Source: Eledone cirrhosa (Eukaryota). From it: DNA of 64,000 bases. The stretch is from positions 273,854,001 through 273,918,000 of the forward strand of contig OZ024740.1 of NCBI GenBank assembly GCA_964016885.1, in the 5' to 3' direction. Position numbers and translations under genes: made by a program. This document shows, piece after piece, positions 15,256-29,653 of this stretch (within the stretch, counting starts at the first letter, position 1; every line of letters begins with the position of its first letter). A model generated the notes under the pieces. That model ran no database searches. It was not told where the DNA came from and saw nothing but the letters and a program-made list of their open reading frames with translations.

Positions 15256-15636
15256 CCAGCAGAAAGATTGTTTTTTCTGTTGCACAATCCATTTTAAAAA
15301 TGATACACTCAATCAAATTGTGCAAAACCATTTTGCTGGTTTGAGAGCTGATGAGGGTGAGGATGTGCTTGTGTAAATTTGTCTTGTACATCGTCTTTCT
15401 TTATTCCTTTCTTTCAGTCACTTCTAAGTACCAACAGACTTCTCCTTATCCTCCTCCTCTTTTAATCTTTTCTATATTTCATCCACTAATTGCCCACCTT
15501 GTGGATGATTGTCTCTCTGTTGACCACTGGCTATTGGTATCTGTCCTCTTAGACACTCTTTCCTAATGACGTCTTTGACAGCATTTAGCTGTTTTAACGG
15601 CTGCTCTAGTGATGCGGTTTCTCATTCCTATATATA

Positions 15637-15725
<89 letters not shown>

Positions 15726-17534
15726 TTCAAAATATTAACAAAATAGATATTCTTGTGATCAAATATATTTTATTATGCATATTTCAGAGGTATATATATA
15801 TATATGCGGTAAATTCTATGAGTTGAAAATACAACAGTAAGTCTTTCTGATATTTAAAACTCAGATGTGTTTTATTCTGTATCCAGATTACCAAAAGGTA
15901 TTTCAGAGGTAAATCCAGTTGACATACTTCCGTTTGTCATAGATTTATAATCACAGAGCATATATTAACACAAGAAATAGATAATCATTTTGGGGATTTA
16001 TTTCTTGTATATATATATATATCAAAGTAAACAGAAATCCAGATTCCAAATATTCATATAATGTTACAAAAATCACAATATGTATGTCTATAGTCAACAA
16101 TTTTTGCAACATTAGGAGCCTTGTGTGGTAGAATGGCTTTTTCAGCAAGTTACCCTCACCGTCCTCTAGGGCAATATATTCTTCATGCTGTTGGCAGGAC
16201 CCAGAGGTGGAAAGTAAGTTAGTTAGTGATGGAGGATACATCACTTCCACACATGCATTGAATACAGGCTATATACAGGCTATATATGTTTATTTATATA
16301 AGCAAATTGATGGTGAACTAATAAGTATCACTTCATAAGATAGATGATATCAATTTCATGATGTTTAGTCGCAGGTCAAGCCCTGATGAAGTCGTCCAAT
16401 GGACGATGTCTATCGCTAAGATTTGTCTCTCTGTATGCGGAGAAAGAGGGCATTGGATGGCATATGCCTCCTACTTTTAAATGGTGTACCTTCAGATTTA
16501 GAAAACTTTACAGTGGTAATTTTATTCTGAAGACTCCTCCACCTTATCTTGGGCACCAAAACAGGCCAGCTATGATCAGGGACTTCCAGCTGTGATGATC
16601 TTTTCTTTTCAGACATTGAGTATCAGAGAATATATGGAATCCAGCCGTTTGTTTTCTTTGTTGTATTTAACTCCATTCTTGCACCAACCAGGAGATACCA
16701 CATCTATAATTGATGTTTTGCACGACTTTGAGTGCTTTTGCTTATTGCATCATGATTTGCTAATCAGGATGCTACATATATATAACCAATAGCAACAAAT
16801 CTAACACCACCACAGCCACCATAAATCAATAACATTTTTATATATAAAAATACCTCCAAATTACAATATTAGGACAGAAAGAGCCACTCTATCTCCAGCA
16901 GTATCAATGGTTACAGCCATTTTCTAGAAAAAAGAATGCATGTAGTTCAGTAAATAGGCTAACAAGAAAATAGAAAGGAAGGTAGTTAGAGAGGAAGTGA
17001 AAGAAAATGTTGAATGAAAGAGAGTAAAAGAGTGAGAGAGAAAGAGTGAGAGTCTGTTGGATAGGTGGATGGAGGAGTAAGTAAAAAAAATCTTAGTGGG
17101 GAAGGAGATAGTCAGAATAACACAAAAGACAAACACACCAAGACACCTCAGACCTACCATATATATATATAGTTTTACACAACATGTATATATGTATGAG
17201 ATGAAAGAATGGTATTTAACTAATGTATTGGTACGCGATGGGGCCCACCCACAGCCCCAGTGGACATATATATATTTAAATATTTATATATGTATATATA
17301 TTAGTAAAAGGAAAGGAAAATGGTGACAAATTGTTCCCAGTGAAAAATAGTTTAATTAGGAATAAGTAAAGATTAGTAATAAGTATTGGTTAGTATTCAG
17401 TTTTAGTTTTAAGTTTTTACCAGTTGCGCATTTCTAATGCTTTTCAAAAATAATTTTGAGATAGAGCGCCCGTGATGTTTGCTCTAATATGTATATACAT
17501 ACATACATTATATATATATATATATATATATATT

Positions 17535-17654
<120 letters not shown>

Positions 17655-17711
17655 ATGTGTGTGTGTGAATATATATATATATATAATGTATGTATGTATA
17701 CATAGATTTAA

Positions 17712-17932
17712 CTCTTTAGCATTTACATTACTCTATATTTACTATTGTATTTTCACAGTAAAGTCTTTACCTCACATAGTTATCTCACATAATATCGAAA
17801 CTATGAGATTTTGATATTATTCATTTTGAGAACGATACCTTAACATCAGTATGAGCAGCTGTTTACAGCTAGTTTAAACAGAAAGAGGTGAGGGAATTGT
17901 GGTCGGATACAGCTGGCTTAAATGCTAAAGGT
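17712..17932. mobile_element. piggyBac-type MITE
   Basis: TTAA|CTCTTTAGCATTTA ... TAAATGCTAAAGGT|TTAA: imperfect TIRs with TTAA target duplication. Confidence 0.7.
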
Positions 17933-18644
17933 TTAAGATTGTATTTATATTAATCTGTCTACTAACTCCTACTGTACCACGTTACCAAAGCATTCATGAA
18001 AAGTACAAAAGAGCGCTATAAGAACATTAAATTTAAAATCTAATACTGCAAATGTTAACAAAGATCCTCTACAAGTAAAAATACTATAAACATTTGAATT
18101 ATCAAACTTGTTTCTTTACAATTTTTGCTAAAATATTACAGAATGTTAAGAGTTAATATATATATGCAGATGTATGTGTGTATGTCTGTTTGTGAATGAA
18201 GAGTGTGTTCGTGAATGGTTATGTCTGAGTGTGTTTGTGTAATGAGAGAGAGACAGAGAAAATTTCTAACGATATATATGAAGAATAGAGATTGTAGACA
18301 TTGGAAGTATGTCCAAGGAAAGAGGACAGAAGAACAAGTAAACTAAATATAAAGAAAAAAATATAGCTGCTAGAAAGCAAGGTTACTAGGAAATGTCTTA
18401 ACCCCAATCCTTTCAGAGTGTGGACCTTGGTTTCCTCACCTCTCAGCCACCTCTGTCCTACTAATGACTCACCGGATAAAGAAGAGAACAAAGAAAAAGG
18501 AACTAAATAATACACGCCCCCCCCCCCCCCCACCCACCCGCCCCACACACACACAAAAAAAAAGAAATAATAATAAAGTTAGAAAGGCAATAAAAATCAA
18601 TGCTAGACAAGGAAATGTATATAATACACACATACAGACACACA

Positions 18645-18651
18645 AATTATA

Positions 18652-18700
<49 letters not shown>

Positions 18701-18760
18701 GTGTATATATATATATATACATGTGTGTATATTTATATATATATATATATATATACATGC

Positions 18761-18801
<41 letters not shown>

Positions 18802-18840
18802 TATATATATTTATATATACATATATATATGTATATATAA

Positions 18841-18871
<31 letters not shown>

Positions 18872-18919
18872 CATGCATGTGTATATATATATATATATAT
18901 ATACACATATATATATATT

Positions 18920-18985
<66 letters not shown>

Positions 18986-19523
18986 CACATACACATATAT
19001 GTGTGTGTGTGTCTGCACACATTTGTGTGTGTGTACATGTGTATGTATATGTAGCAAAGCTTCCTTTTTCTTCTATCTTTATTCTTTCCTATTGCTTTTG
19101 CTCTTTCTTTCTCAGTCATTCATCAAATTCTTCAAAAGTATATTTGTCAAAGAAACATGTTGCCAAAGTTATCTGGTAGATTATCAAACTTCATACTTAT
19201 ATTATTATGCCTGGTGCCATCTGGAATTTTTCTTCTTTTTCATTTGCTGATAATTCTTCATAACTTCACTTACAGAAATCTGCAAATCATCTTCTTCTTT
19301 GCCCTAACAGTATTTTATATTTGCTTATTCCCATAACTTCAAACTTTCTTAGTTTGGTGATGGGACAATGATTACAACAAGCATGTTTCAGAGAGCTAAC
19401 GAGATTTGCTAACCAGGAGTCAAAAATCTCTGGCTGGCCATCATAACGTAGAAAAATAATGTATGTATGTATCTATGAATGTATGAATATATGTACGTAC
19501 GTATGTATACGTGTGTGTATATA

Positions 19524-19593
<70 letters not shown>

Positions 19594-19674
19594 TATATTG
19601 GCCATCATAACGTAGGAAAATAATGTATGTATGTATCTATGAATGTATGAATATATGTACGTACGTATGTATAC

Positions 19675-19771
<97 letters not shown>

Positions 19772-19830
19772 TATATATATATATATACATATATATTTAT
19801 ATATATACACACACACACACATATTTATAT

Positions 19831-19882
<52 letters not shown>

Positions 19883-19930
19883 GCACATACACACACACAT
19901 ATATATATATATGCACATACATATATACTA
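18645..19930. repeat. (TA)n/(CA)n compound microsatellites with a 164-bp local duplication
   Basis: TGGCCATCATAACGTAG.AAAATAATGTATG occurs at 19435 and 19599, each followed by TA runs. Confidence 0.85.
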
Positions 19931-20042
19931 TTATATCTGTTATACACTCTCCCATATATCACTCTCTATTGATTCTTTGTGCAATGCCATTCTGCAGTGA
20001 GTTGTAGCACTTTGCCTGATTCTCATTTTTATCATATCTGTT

Positions 20043-20230
20043 GTGGCAGAATGGCACCACATATATGATAACGTTCTGCTTTTTACATTTTGAGTTCTAA
20101 TCCTGACAGGGTCAGCTTTGCCTTTCACCCTTCTGGGTTCATACAAGGAGGTACCTGTAAGTTATGAACTGAGGTCAATATTATCGATTTTCTCATTGCC
20201 CCATATTCCTAGGTTTGTGCTTACAATGAA
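20043..20230 (+). mobile_element. Degenerate tRNA-derived SINE
   Basis: TGGCAGAATGG...GAGTTCTAATCC...CTTTGCCTTTCACCC...TTTGTGCTTACAATGAAAA. Confidence 0.55.
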
Positions 20231-20499
20231 AAATGAAACTCCTCGTAAGTACAGTCCCCTTCCATATCTCTGTTTAATTACATCTTTATCTTCTATTGTT
20301 AACCATAGCTCTCACACATCTCTGTCATGGCACCTATCATTGGACATTATCTCTCTCCATCATAGTTCAGTCAACCCCACTCCCCTTCTGGTATTATCTT
20401 ATCTACTCACCTACAAGTAACATTTAGACTTATCATTTAGTATTTCCCAACATTCATACATCTATGGCCCCTTTAACTCTTCTTGTTCTCACTATTGAT

Positions 20500-21620
20500 C
20501 AGGTTTCCTTGGAACAATGTGTGCTCTACCCTTTAGGTCTGCATTTCATTATGCATGCTTCAGAACCAGGTGATCTCTCTAGTGTTGATTCCACTATAAA
20601 AACTTATATAAAATGGCACATTCTATGAAGTAGTTAATATTCGAATGGTGGCAAAATAGACTACATAGATCTATTCAGTCATGTCTAAGGAAGGATGTAT
20701 CTGTGGCACCATTACCACAAACAAACTGTATCTCATCTAGTTTAATTTTATCCCTTGTTAGCTGTAAAATGATTTTTTCAGTAACTTGATGCATTTATAC
20801 TTTCCTCACTGCAGTGCATATACCTTGATCCTTAGTAGTTGAGTATTATGCAACTACACATCTCATTAAAGATGATACAATTCTGTAGTACTTGATTTAC
20901 TATACTCGTTGTTAGGGTGCGAACTAACATACCACATGTTGTTTGTATCTCAGCAAATATCCCTGATAATCTAGCTGTTTACTTGTCTTTATATTTTTAA
21001 TTGTCTCATCATACTGCTGATAACTTGGATGGCTGGAAGCTTTATGTCATCTTAATAAATCTATCTTCCTGCCATGCATTCTCCTCATTTAACAGACTGC
21101 TATAATGGCAGTTCCACATTTCTTTCTTTACATCATTGGTGATGACAAGTACACAGATGTCATTTTACATGCACTTCTTTCCAACATCTTCATTTTCCCT
21201 TGCACACTGCCTTGCAATTCTGATAAACTCACAACTTTGATTCTCATGATGCAAAACATACAAAAAAGTTACTTTGTGTTTCTGTCCTTGCTAAATGTAG
21301 CTGACTCCTAGCTTCTCTTCTCAGTTCTTGAAACTGTTACCAGCTTCCTCCATGCTGGTAATCTTTTCATGAGATTTCTTACATTTAATCACTTTATTTA
21401 TCCTTCTATTCCACCGTTATGTAAACCTTCATTGCTCTGGTACCTTGAACTAGCTACAGATTTCATATGTAGCCTTCAGCAGATTATCTCGGAGAAACCA
21501 AACTTACTATTCTTCATTGCAGGTCTTAAACTCCTTTTTCTTACTATCACCAGTTGGGGTCTTGCCTCAGCTTCCATCTTCTTATATAATTTGCTTTCCG
21601 TCTCTATGTTAGTCTTACTC
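20500..21620 (-). mobile_element. Heavily decayed RTE-clade LINE internal fragment
   Basis: Minus-strand reading IRIARQCARENEDVGKKCM.ND..VLVITNDVKKEMWNCHYSSLLNEENAW matches the RTE EN-RT linker; boundaries approximate. Confidence 0.5.
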
Positions 21621-22294
21621 TAGCTCTAGAGCCACTGATTACTAAGATATTTTGGTAGTATATAAGCACCCAGTCCACACTGTAAAGTGCTCATGTAGGA
21701 GTCATGGCACCCAGCACACAGTGTAAATGTGTTTGACATTTAGAAGGGCATCCAGCTGTAGAAATCTAGCCAGAAACAGTTCTGTATGAACAAGACACAG
21801 TCACTTGACCTGACTTACCTCAAATGTGTGTGAATGCATATATGTATATATGGAAATACTTGGTTTGGTGTCTGAACACGTGGTTAGCCCAGCAAGAGTG
21901 AGAGACCTCAAGTTCTTGTTAGATCATTATTCTAGAAGAAGGAAAATTCTTATGTAAATTGTATGACTCTCTACCAAAATATGATGTTGATCTGTTCTTC
22001 ACCAAAAAAAAAAAAAAATTAAGTACAAGCATCACTTAATCTAAATGACATTCCTGTGTGTTGTATGAGCATAGCTTTTTCTTTTTTCTTTCACTGTAAC
22101 ATATGCAGAAAGGAATCCAAATCCTTTCCAGGGTTAAAACGTTATGTTCGTGCCACCCATGTATGAGGTCAATGGATGGCAATTCTCGAAACTGAGATGC
22201 AGTCAATATATATATGTGCAATATATATATATGTATTGAGTACCTTAGTTACTATGGTTTCCCCCAATTGAACACAAAACTCACACACACACAC

Positions 22295-22352
<58 letters not shown>

Positions 22353-22416
22353 GTAGAGCACTGGAAGGTAATATCCATAGTGGTAGATCACTCAGTCCAT
22401 GGGACGAGTTAGGTAG

Positions 22417-22554
22417 AAGTGGTTACACAACAGTTAGTTCACTATAACGAGAACAATTGTTTCACCTTAGCGGATCCTCAGCCCGTAATCTGAGGATCCG
22501 CTAAGGTGAAAGAATTGTTCTCGGTATGGTGAACTAACTGTTGTGTAACCACTT
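22417..22554. repeat. Fold-back element (65-bp arms, 8-nt spacer) with HHR
   Basis: Arms 22417-22481 and 22490-22554; + strand CCGTAAT-CTGAGGA-TCC-GCTAA-GGT-GAAA-GAA-TTG-TTC-TC-GGTATGG. Confidence 0.85.
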
Positions 22555-22570
22555 ATATATATATATATAT

Positions 22571-22774
22571 TAGAAAGTGAGGTTCTTTTTACAAAATGAA
22601 AAATAACCGAGGTGTCCTATACGAGTGAAAGTATAAGGTAAAAAGATGAAATAGAAAATGCAACTGGAGTCTTTTTTTTTTAAATATATATTTATTTGGT
22701 TCCTTTACCAGTTTCGCAGTTCTTCTGCTTTTCAAAAGTAGAATTGAGATGGAGGGTCTGTGGTTTTTCTCACA
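22571..22774 (-). mobile_element. HHR-bearing repeat (family C, U3-A8 core), copy 1
   Basis: Homologous to 34924-35212; minus strand CTT-TTGAAAA-GCAG-AAGAA-CTGC-GAAA-CTGG-TA-AAG at 22703-22738. Confidence 0.7.
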
Positions 22775-22802
22775 TATATATATTTCTCCCTCACTGTCTC
22801 CC

Positions 22803-22847
<45 letters not shown>

Positions 22848-22916
22848 AAGAGAGAGAGAGAGAGAGAGAGAGGGGGGGAGAGGGAGAGGAAGTGAGAGAG
22901 AGAGTGAGAGAGAGAC

Positions 22917-22949
<33 letters not shown>

Positions 22950-23515
22950 AGAGGACATAAATCTGAACATTGGTTTGATAATCTGAATGTTTAGTCAAAC
23001 AAATGACAAAACTTTCTCAACACAGAGAAATTATGGTTTCCCTATAAAATTGACTAATACAATACATATCAACACAGACATCTACACTGTAAGAATTGCT
23101 CAGATTATGAATGAAATTGGCTGTAATATATTATCATAATTTTAGCATGTGTTAGCCATCAACTGTAGTCTATTTGAACCAGTTTCTGTCTTGTTTTTGT
23201 AAAATTGGTTCAAACCTGACAGACATTCCTGGAAAATTGGAGAGCAGGAAACCATGTAAAGTCTTGGCATTGATCTATATTGAGGTCAGTAATCAATTAC
23301 AATTAAGCTGGTGTAAATGTTGCTTGGATATATATATGTTACTTTTTAAAATTTGTGCTGATATACCAAAAATGATAAAGCAAAATGAAGAGCTTAAGGT
23401 GAAAAGAATGTCAGTTTAATCCGTACTGAGGTCAGTCATCACCTGTGATAGTGCTGAATTAACTTGTTTTGTTTAGATGTAGATATATTATTGAATTCTC
23501 TGTTAAACTATATAT

Positions 23516-23562
<47 letters not shown>

Positions 23563-23684
23563 CAAATAACGAAACGAAATTAAATTTCGTTTCGTTTGTA
23601 ACTCACTTTTGTATGACTGACGCTTAAACAATTAAGTTAAAAATGTACATCAGTATACATATGTGGATGTACATTTTTAACTTA

Positions 23685-23742
<58 letters not shown>

Positions 23743-23745
<3 letters not shown>

Positions 23746-24098
23746 TTTCATTTCATTTTACATCCGCTTTTCCCTGCTTGCAAAGGTGGGGGGGGGGGAC
23801 TGATTCTGGCTTGATTTCTACAGCTGGATGCCCTTCCTAATACCAACCTCATTTACAGTGAATGCTGGGTGCTTTTTTTTCCGTGGCACCTAGACGTCCA
23901 CTTTACAGAGTGGGCTGGGTGCTTTTTTGCCATGGCAACTCCACAACCACTTTGCAGTAGAATGATAGGGATGCCAGTCCCTATCATTTCATTTCTACAG
24001 CTGAGTGAACTGGAGCAATGTGAAATAAAGTGTCTTGCTCAAGGTAACAACACAGCACCCAGTCTGACAATTGAACTCACAACCTTTCGATTGCAAGG
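23743..24098 (-). mobile_element. CORE-type SINE with RTE-like tail, 5'-truncated
   Basis: B box GAGTTCAATT, CORE-like CCTTGAGCAAGACACTTTATTTCACATTGCTCC, 3' end GCAAGCAGGGAAAAGCGGATGTAAAATGAAATG shared with RTE tails. Confidence 0.75.
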
Positions 24099-24101
24099 TC
24101 T

Positions 24102-24140
<39 letters not shown>

Positions 24141-24621
24141 ACATATAAATTTATATGTATGTATATAATTGAATATAAAAGAGAGATAAACACAGATATA
24201 AACATATATGTGTTCAAATCGTAAGGGACCAGATTCACTTGGGGGAAATAATACTAACTATTAACAATAGGGTTTGTCAGACTCAATTTAAAACAATAAA
24301 TCAAGTAAAGAAATACAAACCGATATTGTGGTCACTACCAGACAGCCAGACAGCGTTTGGTAGGCTGTTTCACAATTTTAGCAAAGGGAATTGCCAATAA
24401 TTTGCTCATTAGTGAATGGAAAATTAGTAAACCTTTCACTTCTAAGTATCTCAGAAGACTGAATAGTGTGCGAATATAAAATAATGCACATGGCATCAGA
24501 ACCTACTGTGTCTCATAAACGTACACTAATAAAAATAGGGGCCAAGTAAGAGACTATTTTGAGTTTCTAACTCAATATATACCTTTGATATGTATGTATA
24601 TATATAATGAATATGTATATA

Positions 24622-24972
24622 ATCATCATTCATCATCATCATTTCATTTTACGTCTGCTTTTTCCCTGCTTTCAAGGGTGGGATGGTAACTGATTCTGGC
24701 TTAATTTCTACAGCTGGATGCCCTTCCTAACACCAACCTCATTTACAGTGAGTGCTGGGTGCTTTTTTGCCGTGGCACCTTCACGACCACTTTGCAGTGG
24801 AATGATATGGACCCCTGTCCCTATCATCTCATTCCTACAGCTGAGTAAACTGGAGCAATGTGAAATAAAGTGTCTTGCTCAAGGAAACAACACATCACCC
24901 GGTCTGAGAATTGAACTCACAACCTTTCGATTGCAAGGCCAATGCTCTAACCACTAAGCCATATGCTTCCAT
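24622..24972 (-). mobile_element. CORE-type tRNA-derived SINE with RTE-like tail
   Basis: Head TGGCTTAGTGGTTAGAGCATTGG..GAGTTCAATTC, CORE domain, (ATG)n tail. Confidence 0.82.
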
Positions 24973-25010
24973 TGTATGTATATATATATATATATATATA
25001 TATAAACCTT

Positions 25011-25045
<35 letters not shown>

Positions 25046-25079
25046 GTCATCATCATCATCATCATATATATATATATAT

Positions 25080-26186
<1,107 letters not shown>

Positions 26187-26199
26187 TATACACATACAT

Positions 26200-27075
26200 T
26201 GTTATACTATGGGATGCTCTTGCTGTGAATATAAAAAAACACACGCAACTGTTGGGTTTCACTTCAATGTATTATTATAATTTCTCAGGCAGTTACTTTA
26301 ATAACTGGATGGTTGTTTATCTAAGCTCTTTCATTACACAGTCTGTGACCTTCTCAGTGACTATATTTCTTGTTACTTTGTGTCTCTCCTTTAATTTATT
26401 TTACACCATCTTGTTATTGTGAGCTGTCTACTTGGGCTGTGCATGCGTTACATCTGTGTCCATGTTTTTTAATTAATTAATTTATTTATTTTCACTCCTT
26501 TCTCACTTTCCTACTTTTCACTAGTTGGTTACTTGTACTCTCTGTGTGTGTTTGTTCGTGTGTGTGTGTAGCTGGGGGTGGGGGCTTCTATTATTAGTTT
26601 TGTTTTTGTGTGTCTTTATACGTTTTTATATTGTTGTGAGGTTATTACTATTCCATTCTTGCTTTTTATTTAGTTTTAGTCAGGGTTCCCTTATATTTGT
26701 TGCTTTGATAAACTGTTGTAGCATTACGTCTGTTCTGTGCATAATATTTATCTTGAGGAGGACACATCTTCCATACTGGTATACTGGTTGAGTTCTTAGG
26801 AGTTTTTTCCCATCTCGGAGTTCTTACCAGTGTTCTTTAATCCTTTCACATATGTTACAGGCTGCCTATAGTCATGTTCCTATTCCTACATGCAACATAT
26901 GCTACATACTCCATTCCTGGTTTTATAGGTAATCTGTGGGCTTAATATGAAGACTATACATTTTCTATTGGTGCAGGTGTTTTTTTTTTTAAGTGTACAT
27001 TTTGTTAATCAGAGCGTTTATGGGAATACCTAGTTTTTCTACTATCTTAATATTTACTTTTAATTCATCTAGGCC
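26200..27075 (-). mobile_element. Second, decayed copy of the PLE GIY-YIG 3' region
   Basis: Reads KVNIKIVEKLG..INKMY..TCTNRKCIV and KTRNGVCSICC, homologous to the 13303-14490 ORF; terminal TGTTATACT.TGGGA like that at 12680. Confidence 0.7.
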
Positions 27076-28397
27076 CCTTCTAAATATGTATGCTAGTTCA
27101 CTAGATGTATTCAAACACTGGAGAGTTAAAAAGTTCATAGAAAATGTAAGAAACTCAGAGCAGAAACAACTGTAAATACAATTGGTTGATATAATTAATA
27201 ATACCCCTATAGATGAAAAAAATGAGGCATTTGCTTCTACATAGAATTGAACATCCTATCTTTTAGATTCCAGCTCTAACCATTGAGCTAGTTCACTTCT
27301 GATAAGATTCCTCATCCAAATTAGAAAGAAAACTCATTCAGCATTTAAACCTAAACAACATTGTATGGAAAGGATATAATGTGTTTGGAATTAGGAATGA
27401 CATACTGCCATAAAAATATTGCCAAAGATTCAAATTTACTCTTAATTCATCCCTTGATAAACTCTCTAGTGCCATTCCCATAATATAATGTACCTTTTAC
27501 ACTCTTTAAAATATGGGTTTGTTTATGAAGCAAGATCTAGCCACCAACTCATCTGAGAAGTCAATAGCACTGATTAAGTACTGACTTCATTTGGGGCAAC
27601 CTATTCATGCTTAAGGGATAACAAATGATAAGTGTTGATGATGATTATGATAAATTGTTACACTATATAAATGTTAAAAGGATAGAAGTTCAATGTATAG
27701 AGCAAAGGATTCATTATTCACTATAAACTACATTTTTCTTTATCAGCAGCAACTGCAATAGTAACATAATTCTACAATCTTTAACATGGTGACATCAAAT
27801 ATCTTATTAGAAATATATATGCTGTGAGGAAAAGACAGCAAAATACAAACAGTGATGATAAAGATGACTACGAAGGATTTTGAATATTATGATGATGATG
27901 GTTTTATAGATTATCAATACTCTCAATGTTATGAAGTTGAACAGGAAGAAAACATAAAATAAATAAAATATTAAAAAAATGGTATTCTTCTGAAATTTTC
28001 AATTTCATGAGATAATTTTCAATTTCATGTGATAATTTTCAAACTAGAATTAAAGTTTAGCTCAAAGCTGTTTATTCAAATACTGAGACATTTTAATCAA
28101 GGCATTTAAATAAAGTATCCTAAGGTTTCATGCCCAAGTGAGAAATCAATACTATTTGTAAGGAAGAAATATATGCTTGAAGAAATATATTGAACTAAAT
28201 TATTATGAAAAAATAAGCATATTTTATGGGATTTATTCTGAATAATTTCAAAGCCATGTCAATGTTCATTAAACAAACATATATATATATGTATATAAAT
28301 GAAGTTGCTGCTGGTGATGATGACACACATACATTCATAAATACATACATGTATACTTACATATATACAAATAAAGAGAAATATTTACACACAAATA

Positions 28398-28600
28398 TTG
28401 TATGGCCATGTGATGCGAATGGAGGATGACCGGTGGGGAATGAAGTGCCAAGAAATCCCAGTAGAAGGAAGATGCAGTAAAGGTAGACCACGAAAAATAT
28501 GGGCATAGGTGGAGATGACGAAGGACCGTGACAAGTGGAGAGATGCTGTGCTGAATAGGACCCGTCCAACCCTTGTAAGCAGGGAAAAGCGGACGTAAAG

Positions 28601-28630
<30 letters not shown>
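28398..28630 (+). mobile_element. RTE LINE 3' fragment with (ATG)n tail
   Basis: YGHVMRMEDDRWGMKCQEIPVEGRCSKGRPRKIW followed by GGAAAAGCGGACGTAAAG(TGA)n. Confidence 0.8.
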
Positions 28631-28631
<1 letters not shown>

Positions 28632-29463
28632 ATACAAATATATTAATAAATTCTCATGTTTACATAGCCAAGTGTTGTTGTTATTATGGTTGTTGTTCAT
28701 TCTGTTTTCATCACAGATATAACAGGCCTATAATTAGAAATATATATTTGCTGTCTTTAATGTTTGTATGATGCTAGTGTGTGAATGAAGGTTTTCGTTG
28801 ATATTTCTAGAAATTCAAGCTACAATACAGAGCCAACAGGTGGCTCTATTCTATAGTTTAATGATGGAGAAAGTAAAACATTAAATACTAATTGTTGCAG
28901 AATAGGGAACAGAAGCAATACACTATTATGATCTCTTTAAAATTATTTCAGCATAAAATTGGATTTTGTAACACTATATATGATTCCATTAATAGGCCGA
29001 TTTATTAAACCAACTAAAAATATTTGTATCATGCACACACACATACACACATACACACACACATATGTGTGTGTGTGATCCATCACACCTTCTTCCTCAG
29101 GAATGTGGATACCAGTACATACATGCATGCTTGTATGTATGTATTTGAAATGCCTGAGTTACAATGTAAATTACCATAATAACAATGCTCAATCAGTTTA
29201 AATAATAATAATAATAATAATTGAGAATATCACATGAAATAACAAGGGAAATTGAACAGTGGCATCTGCAAGAAATAAAACCCCAACATCTCACAAATGC
29301 TGTGAGAGTGTATTAACCACTACACTAAAGAGCTGCTGGTCACCAATTCTAGCTATTTAGAATATCGTAAGCTTGGAACTACAAATATAAAGAACAGTTG
29401 ACTTTAGAATCATTGGGGAGATTTGAAATGTGTACACCCAGTAAAAATGATGATTATGGTAAT

Positions 29464-29653
29464 AATTGTTTCTACTTTTGGCACAAGGCCAGCAATTACC
29501 CCAGTGCATTACTGGTGCTTTAGTTTATTGACCCAGGAAGAAAGAAAGGCAAAGTTAATCTTGGTGGAATTTGAACCCAGAACACTAAGGGCCATACCTC
29601 TATGCTGCAAAGCATGATGTCTGACGCTCTACCGATACTGCCAATCCACCGCT
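29464..29653 (-). mobile_element. tRNA-derived SINE
   Basis: Family consensus on the minus strand; a more diverged + strand relative follows at about 29775-29930. Confidence 0.85.

Larger units (their letters stand above)
12680..15260 (-). mobile_element. Penelope-like retroelement (RT + GIY-YIG), 5'-truncated, apparently chimeric
   Basis: RT motifs FDMTMG..DLVGIY, GGIYRDDALL, VNFLDATLNL, SNHP; GIY-YIG NVVYSIRC..C..TYIGETARSI..RI.QH..RQIREA; 3' region has an HHR core and ends in (TA)n. Confidence 0.9.

Noticed and set aside
15870-15945. Minus-strand GAAA-TACC-TTTT-GGTA resembling HHR stem III
   Set aside because: No recognisable CUGANGA or UUGANAA core
16380-16480. CTGATGA followed by hairpin TCGTCC-AAT-GGACGA, and a CGERGHW zinc-knuckle-like reading
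   Set aside because: No GAAA or stem III, and the peptide is too short to assign
23568-23596. 14-bp-arm palindrome AACGAAACGAAATT
   Set aside because: Short, low complexity and with no associated features
27130-27730. Possible + strand PLE RT relic (KILPKIQ, VDD-like readings)
   Set aside because: Too degraded to support by eye
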